The notes beneath the pieces are model-generated. The model ran no database searches and was not told the origin of the DNA. It saw only the letters and a list, made by a program, of their open reading frames with translations. The position numbers and the translations under genes are program-made. Positions 44,001-53,860 of a stretch of DNA of 64,000 nt are shown here, in pieces. The stretch comes from Mobula hypostoma (Eukaryota). Positions within the stretch are counted from its first letter, which is position 1. Every line of letters starts with the position of its first letter. Location: positions 137,952,001-138,016,000 of the forward strand of contig NC_086097.1 in assembly GCF_963921235.1 (NCBI RefSeq), written 5' to 3'.

Positions 44001-46955
44001 AGTGATGGAACAAGAGAATGAGGCAGGGTCACATTGTTGGAACGAGGTAATGCGGGAGGGTCACTGTGATGGAATTAGAGAATGAGGGAGGGTCACGGTG
44101 ATGCAACGAGAGAATGAGGGAGGGTCACGGTGATGGAACGAGGGAATGAGGGAGAGTCACGGTGATGGAACGAGAGAATGAGGGAGGGTCACAGTGATGG
44201 AACAAGAGAATGAGGCAGGGTCACATTGTTGGAACGAGGTAATGCGGGAGGGTCACGGTGATGGAACGAGGGAATGAGGGAGGGTCACTGTGATGGAATT
44301 AGAGAATGAGGGAGGGTCACAGTGATGGAAACAGAATGAGGGAGAGTCACAGTGATGGAACGAGGGATTGAGGGAGGGTCACGGTGATGAAAGGAGAGAA
44401 TGAGGGAGAGTCACATTGATGGAACGAGGGACTGAGGGAGGGTCACGGTGATGGAACGAGGGGATGAGGGAGGGTCATGATGATGGAACGAGGGAATGAG
44501 GGAGAGTCACGGTGATGGACCGAGAGAATGAGAGAGGGTCACGGTGATGGAACAAGAGAATAAGGGAGGGTCTCGGAGATGGAACGAGAGAATGAGGGAG
44601 GGTCACGGTGATGCCACGAGGGAATAAGGGAGGGTCACGGTGATGGTACGAGGGAATGTGGGAGGGTCACGGTGGTGGAACGAGGGAATGAGGGAGCGTC
44701 TCGGTGATGGAACGAGAGAATGAGTTAGAGTCACGGTGATGGAACGAGAGAATGAGGGAGGGTCACGTTGTTGGAACGAGGTAATGAGGGAGGGTCACGG
44801 TGATGGAATGAGGGAGGATCACTGTGATGGAACGTGGGAATGAGGGAGGGTCATGGTGATGGAATGAGGGAATGAGGGAGAGTCACGGTGCTGGAACGAG
44901 AGAATGAGGGAGGGTCACGGTGATGGAACAAGGGAATGAGGAAGGGTCACTGTGATGGAATTAGAGAATGAGGGAGGGTCACAGTGATGGAACGAGGGAA
45001 TGAGGAAGGGTTACTGTGATGGAATTAGAGAATGAGGGAGGGTCACGGTGATGCAACGAGAGAATGAGGGAGGGTCACTGTGATGGAATTAGAGAATGAG
45101 GGAGGGTCACAGTGATGGAAACAGAATGAGGGAGAGTCACAGTGACGAACAAGAGAATGAGGGAGGGTCACGGTGATGGAATGAGGGAAGGAGGGAGGGT
45201 CACAGTGATGGATCGAGAGAATGAGGGAGCGTCACGGTGATGGAATGAGAGAATGAGGGAGAGTCACGGTGATGGAACGCGGGAATGAGGGAGGGTCATG
45301 GTGGTGGGAACAGAATTAGGGTGGGTCACAGTGATGGAACGAGGGATTGAGGGAGGGTCACGGTGATGGAACGAGGGAATGAGGGTGGGTCACGGTGATG
45401 GAATGAGGGAATGAGGGAGGGTCAAGGTGATGGAACGAGAGAATGAGTGAGGGTCACGGTGATGGAACAAGAGAATGAGGGAGGGTCTCGGAGATGGAAC
45501 GAGAGAATGAGGGAGGGTCACGGTGATGCCATGAGGGAATAAGGGAGGGTCACGGTGATGGAACGAGGGAATGAGGGAGGGTCACGGTGATGGAATGAGG
45601 GATTGAGGGAGAGTCACGGTGATAGAACGAGAGAATGAGGGAGGGTCATGGTGATGGAACGAGGGAATGTGGGAGGTTCACGGTGATGGAACGAGGGAAT
45701 GAGGGATGGTCACGGTGATGGAACGAGAGAATGAGTTAGAGTCACGGTGATGGAACGAGAGAATGAGGGAGGGTCACGTTGTTGGAACGAGGTAATGAGG
45801 GAGGGTCACGGTGATGGAATGAGGGAGGATCACGGTGATGGAACGAGGGAATGAGGGAGGGTCACGGTGATGGAATGAGGGAATGAGGGAGAGTCACGGT
45901 GCTGGAACGAGAGAATGAGGGAGGGTCACGGTGATGGAACGAGGGAATGAGGAAGGGTCACTGTGATGGAATTAGAGAATGAGGGAGGGTCACAGTGATG
46001 GAAACAGAATGAGGGAGAGTCACAGTGATGAACAAGAGAATGAGGGAGGGTCACGGTGATGGAATGAGGGAAGGAGGGAGGGTCACAGTGATGGATCGAG
46101 AGAATGAGGGAGGGTCACGGTGATGGAATGAGAGAATGAGGGAGAGTCACGGTGATGGAACGCGGGAATGAGGGAGGGTCACGGTGATGGGAAAAGAATG
46201 AGGGAGGGTCACAGTGATGGAACGAGGGATTGAGGGAAGGTCACGGTGATGGAACGAGGGAATGAGGGAGGGTCAAGGTGATGGAACGAGGGAATGAGGG
46301 TGGGTCACGGTGATGGAATGAGGGAATGAGGGAGGGTCAAGGTGATGGAACGAGAGAATGAGGGAGGGTCACAGTGATGGAACAAGAGAATGAGGCAGGG
46401 TCACATTGTTGGAACGAGGTAATGCGGGAGGGTCACTGTGATGGAATTAGAGAATGAGGGAGGGTCACGGTGATGCAACGAGAGAATGAGGGAGGGTCAC
46501 GGTGATGGAACGAGGGAATGAGGGAGAGTCACGGTGATGGAACGAGAGAATGAGGGAGGGTCACAGTGATGGAACAAGAGAATGAGGCAGGGTCACATTG
46601 TTGGAACGAGGTAATGCGGGAGGGTCACGGTGATGGAACGAGGGAATGAGGGAGGGTCACTGTGATGGAATTAGAGAATGAGGGAGGGTCACAGTGATGG
46701 AAACAGAATGAGGGAGAGTCACAGTGATGGAACGAGGGATTGAGGGAGGGTCACGGTGATGGAAGGAGAGAATGAGGGAGAGTCACATTGATGGAACGAG
46801 GGAATGAGGGAGGGTCACGGTGATGGAACGAGGGAATGAGGGAGGGTCATGATGATGGAACGAAGGAATGAGGGAGAGTCACGGTGATGGAACGAGGGAA
46901 TGAGGGAGAGTCACGGTGATGGAACGAGGGATTGAGGGAGGGTCACAGTGTTGGA
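35089..46955. repeat. 32-bp purine-rich satellite array (satellite B), about 370 monomers
   Basis: Tandem TGAGGGAGGGTCACGGTGATGGAACGAG(A/G)GAA. GTCACG recurs at 35095, 35127 and 35159 (period 32). The consensus is 25/32 purines. The ORF track lists nothing between 35120 and 46932. Confidence 0.99.
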
Positions 46956-46982
46956 CACAGGAGGAATAGAGGGGCCGGTCAC

Positions 46983-47180
46983 CTTGGAGATGGAGTGGTT
47001 TTGAGAGGGACAAGGGGTGCAGTCCGTGGAAGGATCCGAAAACACGGCTGGGGATTTGCTGGGGATTTCACTGAGCTATTGCCATCCATTGTGCCAGTGC
47101 TCCCCAGGGAGGACGGCTGAGGGGACTCATTCTCCGAGCTGTTGTCTGGCTCACGTGAGTTGTTAGTTACGTTACTAACA
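46983..47180 (-). CDS. Candidate internal coding exon (198 nt, phase 2-2), unidentified Ser/Pro/Asn-rich peptide
   Basis: On the minus strand: acceptor ctcgcatctctcAG| and donor AAG|GTGACC. The open frame reads VSNVTNNSREPDNSSENESPQPSSLGSTGTMDGNSSVKSPANPQPCFRILPRTAPLVPLKTTPSP. An alternative start is the ATG at 47089 in a good Kozak context (ACAATGG). No homolog recognised. Confidence 0.4.
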
Positions 47181-47527
47181 CTGAGAGATGCGAGATTGAC
47201 TCACGCATTGGAGCTGCCACCTGCAGAGTGCTGAGACGACTGTCCACACTCTCGTCACACAAGCAGTTGGTAATCGCTCTAATCGGCTCACAGCCTGCTT
47301 CTCCCAAAAATAGTCGAAGTGACAGGGAACATTGAGTCTGCCGAAATCATTCGTACAGCCTCATCTGATTGTGAGTCCCAGCTCTCCCTGTGTGTTGAAG
47401 TCATTGAGAAAGTGAAGCCAAAATTGACACTGATAGATCCCAGTGGAAGCAGCCTGTGTGGGGGCTGAGACTGTAATCGAACCTCGTTCCACTGCATGTG
47501 ATGTGTCAGCCTGACGTGCAAGCAGAG

Positions 47528-47775
47528 CGCACACACACACGCACACATACACACACACACACACACACACAGTGATACACACACACACACACACACGAAA
47601 CAGACAGACACACACATACATACACACACACACGCACACACGAAACAGACACACACATACATACACACACGCACACATACATACACACACACACACACAC
47701 ACGAAACAGACACACACACGCACACATACATACACACACACACATGAAACAGACACACACACACACACACACACA
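47528..47775. repeat. Compound (CA)n microsatellite interrupted by recurring GAAACAGAC and CATA units
   Basis: Directly visible. It produces the spurious VCVC/HTHT ORFs. Confidence 0.97.
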
Positions 47776-47837
47776 GCTCACAAAATCCCAGCTCACCAGG
47801 GCCCATTGCAAAGGAACATAAAACGGGTGAAAGTGAC

Positions 47838-47881
47838 ACGGGGAATTCTGCACAGAGGGAGGGTGGTACTGAGGGAGCGTC
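47838..47881 (-). repeat. Solitary diverged satellite-A-like segment in reverse orientation
   Basis: GGGGAATTCTGCACAGAGGGAGGGTGGTACTGAGGGAGCGTC aligns to the reverse complement of the satellite A variant near 4130-4170 (GGGGATTTTACACCGCGGGAGGGCAGTACTGAGGGAGTGTC). Both translate as GILHRGR(V/A)VLRE. Confidence 0.75.
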
Positions 47882-48010
47882 TGTTCGCAGGTCCAGGCGG
47901 CGGGCAGTCGGGAACTCTGCCCAGGCCGAGTGCCTGTCCCCTTTCCGGGGGATGCGTTCGTGCCCGGTGCAGTGGGGGATTTCCGTGAACAGTGGGCCTC
48001 CCGGGGAATT
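47870..48010. promoter_or_regulatory. Short CpG-rich patch with a consensus NF-kB site; possible promoter or enhancer
   Basis: Locally high CpG/GC. GGGGATTTCC at 47975-47984 matches GGGRNNYYCC. Confidence 0.3.
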
Positions 48011-48137
48011 GACTGTTTTACAGACAGTAATAATTATATTTTAATTTGAATTTAATTCGTAAATATTTGATGTTTGCATTTCATGTATTTTTGTGTGAAT
48101 AAACTTGAGGTTTTGGAAAAAAAAACAGGGTTGGTAC

Positions 48138-49050
48138 GGGGGGGGCGTGGTTACGATGGGCTGCACTCTCGGAAAAAGCTCCCTTAAAAGAAAGACTAGT
48201 TTTATAGAAAGACTTGGAGATGAGTGCTGAGAGATCGTTTAAATAGCACACCAGAGCATAACAAACATAAATATTTGAGGAATTGGGCCAAAAGTCAGCC
48301 CAGCTGGGACACTTTGGAGAGGACAGTTACTGTGTAGACAAGAAAGTGTTGTGGTATTCAAGCATTCCGGAAAACATTCCAGGGCAGACGAGGATCGGAG
48401 GGGGGAGAAGGGACATTTACTCCGAAAGGAAGCAAGCCAAGATTTGAGACGGCTTTGATGCTGTCCCAGGTCGCTGGGCTGAGGAACTTTCTAGAAAGCA
48501 TGATCATCAACAGCACATAATATAAATGTCTATTTCAACAGTGCGTGCAAACTCGGCTGACAGCTTTGGTCAGGACACTCCCGGGGAACCTCTGCATCAG
48601 GCTGGGCCATGCCTGTACCAGTCGGTCCCTCAGAGAAGCCAGCATGCTTACAGCTATCACCCAGTCCAACTAACTTACAACTGGATTCGAGACTACCCTC
48701 CCCACAGTGCACCCGAGGCTCAACAGGTCGTTTCAAACCTCCGGACCCCAAGCCGTCATCTATTCAGTCGGGTTAGCGGACGGACAGGACAAACGTTGCG
48801 ACAGAATCCCCAGACGTCAGCCAGTGGCGTGTTGGAGGTGCAGAAGCTGGTACTTTGAGGAAAACATAACAGCCTATTTCTACACGCACTTGCCAAGTCT
48901 TCCTGCACCTTATGCTTCGTGCAGACTGGTATCTCACCTGTCCCTCTATCCATCCCCCTCCCACCACCACCCACCACGGCCCTATGGGCAGCTCTGGGAT
49001 TCCTTCCGTAAACCCTGCACCTCATCGGGAATGGGGACAGTGGCTGGGGT
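48138..49050 (+). mobile_element. Possible highly degenerate L1/Tx1-type 5' end and ORF1 remnant
   Basis: Starts with a G-run followed by CGTGGTTACGATGG, resembling L1-type 5' ends. ORF 48707..49120 has spaced motifs (GPQAVI..QDK..W....YF..N..LSLYPS) reminiscent of the L1 ORF1p RRM/CTD. The resemblance is weak and recalled. Confidence 0.3.
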
Positions 49051-49094
49051 CGGATTAACACAGCAGAGGTACCAACAAATAATGACTAGCAACA

Positions 49095-49650
49095 ACATCA
49101 CAGAACAGGACAGGCAGTAATGTCACAGGACAGGGAGACACCACAGGACAGGGGAGACACCACAGGACAAGGGTGACATTATAGAACAGGGGAGACACCA
49201 CATGACAGGGAGACACCACAGGACAGGGGAGACACCACAGGACAGGGTGACATCACAGGACAGGGGAGACATTATAGAACAGGGGAGGCATCACAGGACA
49301 GTGGAGACATTATAGAAGACAGGGGAGACATCACAGGATGGGGAGTCATCACAGGACAGGGGAGACATAGAACAAGGGCGACATTATAGAACAGTGGAAA
49401 CATCACAGGACAGGGGAGACATCACAGGACAGGGGGGTGACACCACAGGTCAGGGGAGACACCACAGGTCAGGGGTGACATTATAGAACAGGGGTGACAT
49501 TATAAAACAGGGGAGACACCACAGGACAGGGGTGACACTACAGGTCAGGGGAGACATCACAGAACAGGGGTGACACTACAGGTCGGGGTGACACCACAGG
49601 TCAGGGGCGACACAACAAGTTGGGGGGGTGGAAGGTGTAACACCACAGGA
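49095..49650. repeat. Minisatellite of about 19 bp (GGGGAGACACCACAGGACA / GGGGTGACATTATAGAACA variants)
   Basis: Roughly 28 imperfect tandem units with two recurring monomer types. Confidence 0.93.
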
Positions 49651-49769
49651 TGGGCATGATACTACTGGACAGTTGTATGTGACACAAAGATAATGTAGAA
49701 GTATATTGCTATGTCACATCTAACACAAAGTAAGGGTGATAGTCCCGTTTACAACTGGGTACTTTGTGG

Positions 49770-50052
49770 AGTTACTGTTATATTATGGGAACCTTAACAG
49801 CCAATTTGTGCACAACAAGCTCCCACAAACAAAAATACAAGAATGACAAGATAGCGATGGTTAGTGAGATGTTCTAGGAACGGTGCTGAGGGGCCTGTTA
49901 TGAGAGTAAACAGATCTGGATTTAACATCCTTTGACAATGTACATTTCCCCAGTACTGCATGGGAGGGTCTGTCTGAAATACCCTCTCACGCCCCGGTAC
50001 AGCTTAAACCCAGAACTCTACCTAGGAGTCCTGCTCACTGCCACAGCTGACA
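49770..50052 (+). mobile_element. Degenerate Deu-domain SINE (SacSINE1/AmnSINE1-like)
   Basis: CAGCCAATTTGTGCACAACAAGCTCCCACAAACA matches the recalled Deu-domain core. It is followed by TTTAACATC...GACAATGTACATTTCCCCAGTACTGCA and a 3' tail ending CACTGCCACAGCTGACA. Confidence 0.65.
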
Positions 50053-50429
50053 TAGAAAGCGGGTAGAATACTGTCCGTGATCTTGGTTAATTCTATGAGG
50101 GGTCTGCACTCTTTTAGTGACAAGACCATTTACACTTACAGAGAGTTATGGAGGCAGAGTTACTGAATAGAGTCAAGGCTGAGACTGACTGATGGCTGGT
50201 CAACGGCAGGGCAGTGAGGCAGAGGCCAAGAGTGATTCCACCAGAATTTCATCAAGTGCTAGGGTAACTTCTAATAAGTTTAGGAGGCTTTGCCAAGAAC
50301 ACCAGTGTGACATGTACAATGCTTGAGTCCCAGATGTTTCCAGCTGACAAACAGGTCAAAAGGAGGAAGTGCAATATATTTTTATGTTAGTAAATCCATC
50401 CTAGTTCCAAAATCCCCAATTCCAACTTA

Positions 50430-50760
50430 ATATGTCAGTGCTGTCACAATTCTGCTAACCAGACCTAGAATATCTAGCAGTTAAGTGCTGTCTTTTTTAC
50501 CTACAACGGGTATCTTTGATAGCAGTTTACATTCCATGTCAGGCCAATGTCAGGCAGGCTTTAGATGATCTGAGCAATGGGATCAACATGCACGAAACAG
50601 CGCACCCTAATGCATTTGCCATCATTTTGGGAGATTTTAACTAGGCCAGTCTGAAAAAATCACTAAGCAATTACCATCAACAGATCACTTGCAATACCAG
50701 AGGAAACAACACACTGAACCATTGTTACATTGCCTTCAAGAATGCCTACCGTGATATTCC
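50430..50760 (+). mobile_element. Rex1/Babar non-LTR retrotransposon, endonuclease-domain fragment (left part, interrupted by CR1)
   Basis: Translates PDLEYLAVKC...IAVYIP.QANVRQALDDLSNGINMHETAHPNAFAIILGDFN*ASLKKSLSNYHQQITCNTRGNNTLNHCY...KNAYRDIP. This carries APE motifs, with stops and frameshifts. Confidence 0.85.
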
Positions 50761-52680
50761 ATAAGACAAAGGAGCAGAAGTCAGCCATTCGGCCCATCGA
50801 GTCTGCTCCGCCACTTTATCATGAGCTGATCCATTCTCCCATTTAGTCCCACTCCCCTGCCTTCTCACCATAACCTTTGATGCCCTGGCTACTCAGATAC
50901 CTATCAATATCTGCCTTAAATACACCCAATGACTTGGCCTCCACTGCTGCCCGTGGCAACAAATTCCATAGATTCACCAACCTCTGACTAAAAAAATTTC
51001 TTCGCATTTCTGTTCCGAATGGGCACCCTACAATCCTTAAGTCATGCCCTCTCATACTAGACTCCCCCATCATGGGAAACAACTTTGCCACATCCACTCT
51101 GTCCAGGCCTTTCAACATTCAAAATGTTTCTATGAGGTCTCCTCTTATTCTTCTAAACTCCAAGGAATACAGTCCAAGAGCGGACAAACATTCCTCATAT
51201 GTTAACCCTCTCATTCCCAGAATCATTCTAGTGAATCTTCTCTGTACCCTCTCCAACGTCAGCACATCCTTTCTTAAATAAGGAGACCAAAACTGCCCAC
51301 AGTACTCCAAGTGAGGTCTCACCAGTTCCTTAACATCACATCCCTGCTCCTATACTCTATTCCTCTAGAAATGAATGCCAACATTGCATTCGCCTTCTTC
51401 ACCACCGACTCAACCTGGAGGTTAACCTTAAGGGTATCCTGTACGAGGACTCCCAAGTCCTGTTACATCTCAGAATTTTGAATTCTTACCCCATTTAAAT
51501 AATAGTCTGCCCATTTATTTCTTCTGCCAAAGTGCATAACCATACACTTTCCAACATTGTATTTCATTTGCCACTTCTTTGCCCATTCTTCCAATCTATC
51601 CAAGTCTCTCTGCAGACTCTCTGTTTCCTCAGCACTACCTGCCCCTCCACCTATCTTCGTATCATCAGCAAACTTAGCCACAAAGCCATCTATTCCATAA
51701 TCCAAATTGTTGATGTACAGTGTAAAAAGAAGCGGCCCCAACACAGACCTCTGTGGAACATGACTGGTAACCGGCAGCCAACCAGAATAGGATCCCTTTA
51801 TTCCCACTCTCTGTTTCCTGCCAATCAGCCAACACTCTATCCACGTATGTAACTTTCCCGTAATTCCATGGGCTCTTATCTTGTTAAGCAGCCTCATGTG
51901 TGGCACCTTGTCAAAGGCCTTCTGAAAATCCAAATATACAACATCCACTGCATCTCCCTTGTCTAGCCTACTTGTAATTTCCTCAAAAAATTGTAATAGG
52001 TTTGTCAGGCAGGATTTTCCTTTAGGAATCCATGCTGAGTTCTGCCTATCTTGTCATATGCCTCCAGGTACTCTGTAACCTCATCCTTGACAATCGACTC
52101 CAACAACTTCCCAACCGCCGATATCAAGCTGACAGGTCTATAATTTCCTTTTGCCTCCTTGCCCCCTTCTTAAATAGCGGAGTGACATTTGCAATCTTCC
52201 AGGCCTCCGGAACCATGCCACAATCTATCGACTTTTGAAAGATCATCGCTAATGCCTCCGCAATCTCCACAGCTACTTCCTTCAGAAAACGAGGGTGCAT
52301 TCCATCTGGTCCAGGAGATTTATCTACCCTTAGACTATTCAGCTTTCAGAGTACTTTCTCTGTCGTAATTGTGACTGCGTACACTTCTCTTCCCTGCCAC
52401 CCTTGAGTGTCCGGTATACTGCTGATGTCTTCCTCAGTGAAGACTGATGCAAAATACTCGTTCAGTTCCTCCGCCATCTCCTTATCTCCCATTACAATAT
52501 CTCCAGCATCATTTTCTATCAGTCCTATATCTACTCTCACCTGTCTTTTACTCTTTATATACTTGAAAAAGCTTTTAGTATCCTCTTTGATATTATTTGC
52601 TAGCTTCCTTTCATAGTTAATCTTTTCCCTCTTAATGACCTTCTTAGTTTCCTTTTGTAAGCTTTTAAAAACTTCCCAAT
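50759..52680 (-). mobile_element. 5'-truncated CR1 LINE with disrupted ORF2 (RT)
   Basis: Minus-strand ORFs 52346..52756, 51463..51948 ([35 protein letters not shown]), 51119..51322 (RPHLEYC) and 50843..51118. The CR1-type 3' tail lies at about 50760. Confidence 0.95.
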
Positions 52681-53860
52681 ACTCACTTCGGGAAGTCTGA
52701 TCACCTAGCTGTACTTCTACTCCCTGAGTATAGGCAGAGACAGAAGACTGCAGCACCAGTAGTGAGGATCATGAAGGTTTGGACAAGGGAAGCACAGGAG
52801 CGCCTTTGAATCAATGGACTGGACTGATTTAGTTATTCATCTTCAAACCTGGATGAGTATTCTGCAATTGTTACCGACTTCATTAAAACCTATGCGGATG
52901 AGCGTGTGCCTACAAAGACACTGCACATCCCCAAACCAAAAGCCCTGGATGAACCAGGAGGTACATGGTCTGCTGAAGGCTAGATCTGTGGCATTCAAGT
53001 CTGGCAACCCAGGCCTGCACCAGAAAACCAGGTATGAATTGCGGAGGGCTATTTCAACTTAGCACTCAACGTCAGTAAGACAAAAGAGCTGATTGTGGAC
53101 TTCAGGAAGGGTAAGACAAGAACACATACCAATCCTCATAGAGGGATCAGAAGTGGAGAGAGTGAGCAGTTTCAAGTTCTGGGTGACAAGATCTCTGAGG
53201 ATCTAACCTGGTCCCAACATATCGATGTAGTTATAAAGAAGGCAAGACAGCGGTTATACTTCATTAGGAATTTGAAGAGCTCTGGCATGTCAACAAATGC
53301 ACTCAAAAACTTCTATAGATGTAACTTCTATAGAGCATTCTGACAGGCTACATCACTGTCTGATATGGAGGGGCTACTGCACAGGACTGAAAGAAGCTGC
53401 AGAAGGTTGTAAATCTAGTCAGCTCCATCTTGGGTACTAGCCTACAAAGTACACAGGACATCTTCAGGGAGCGGTGTCTCAGAAAGGCAGCGTCCATTAT
53501 TAGGGACCTCCAGCACCCAGGGCATGCCCTTTTCTCACTGTTACCATCAGGTAGGAGGTAAAGAAGCCTGAAGGCACACACTCAGCAATTCAGGAACAGC
53601 TTCTTCCCCTCTGCCATCTGATTTCTAAATGGACATTGAACCCTTGGACACTATCTCACTTTTTTTAATATACAGTATTTCTGGTTTTTTTGCACTTTTA
53701 AAAAATCTATTCAATATACGTATACTATAATTTATTTATTTATTATTTTTATTTTTATTTAATTTATTTTTTTCTATATTATGTATTGCATTGAACTGCT
53801 GCTGCTAAGTTAACAAATTTCACATCACATGCCGTGAATAATTAACCCGATTCTGATGTT
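52681..53860 (+). mobile_element. Rex1/Babar element, right part: end of the endonuclease, linker, post-RT C-terminus and AT-rich 3' UTR; RT core missing
   Basis: HFGKSDHLAVLLLPEYRQR, PNQKPWMNQEV, then LALNVSKTKELIVDFRKGK and KKARQRLYFIR. The 3' end reads AACCCGATTCTGAT. Confidence 0.88.

Noticed and set aside
1..46955. CRISPR-like array (32-33-bp repeats with dyads)
   Set aside because: Repeats are head-to-tail with no unique spacers, there are no cas genes, and the context is vertebrate.
35089..46955. Telomeric repeat or Ig class-switch region
   Set aside because: There are no (TTAGGG)n runs, no dense AGCT/GAGCT motifs, and no Ig exons nearby.
47288..47988. VCVC/HTHT-rich ORFs and an Ig-like 'TGIYQC' motif at about 47430
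   Set aside because: These are translations of the CA microsatellite. The motif lacks the upstream Cys/Trp of an Ig V domain and the frame ends shortly afterwards.
48526..48858. 110-aa ORF as a host gene
   Set aside because: No recognisable domain. It more likely overlaps decayed L1-like sequence.
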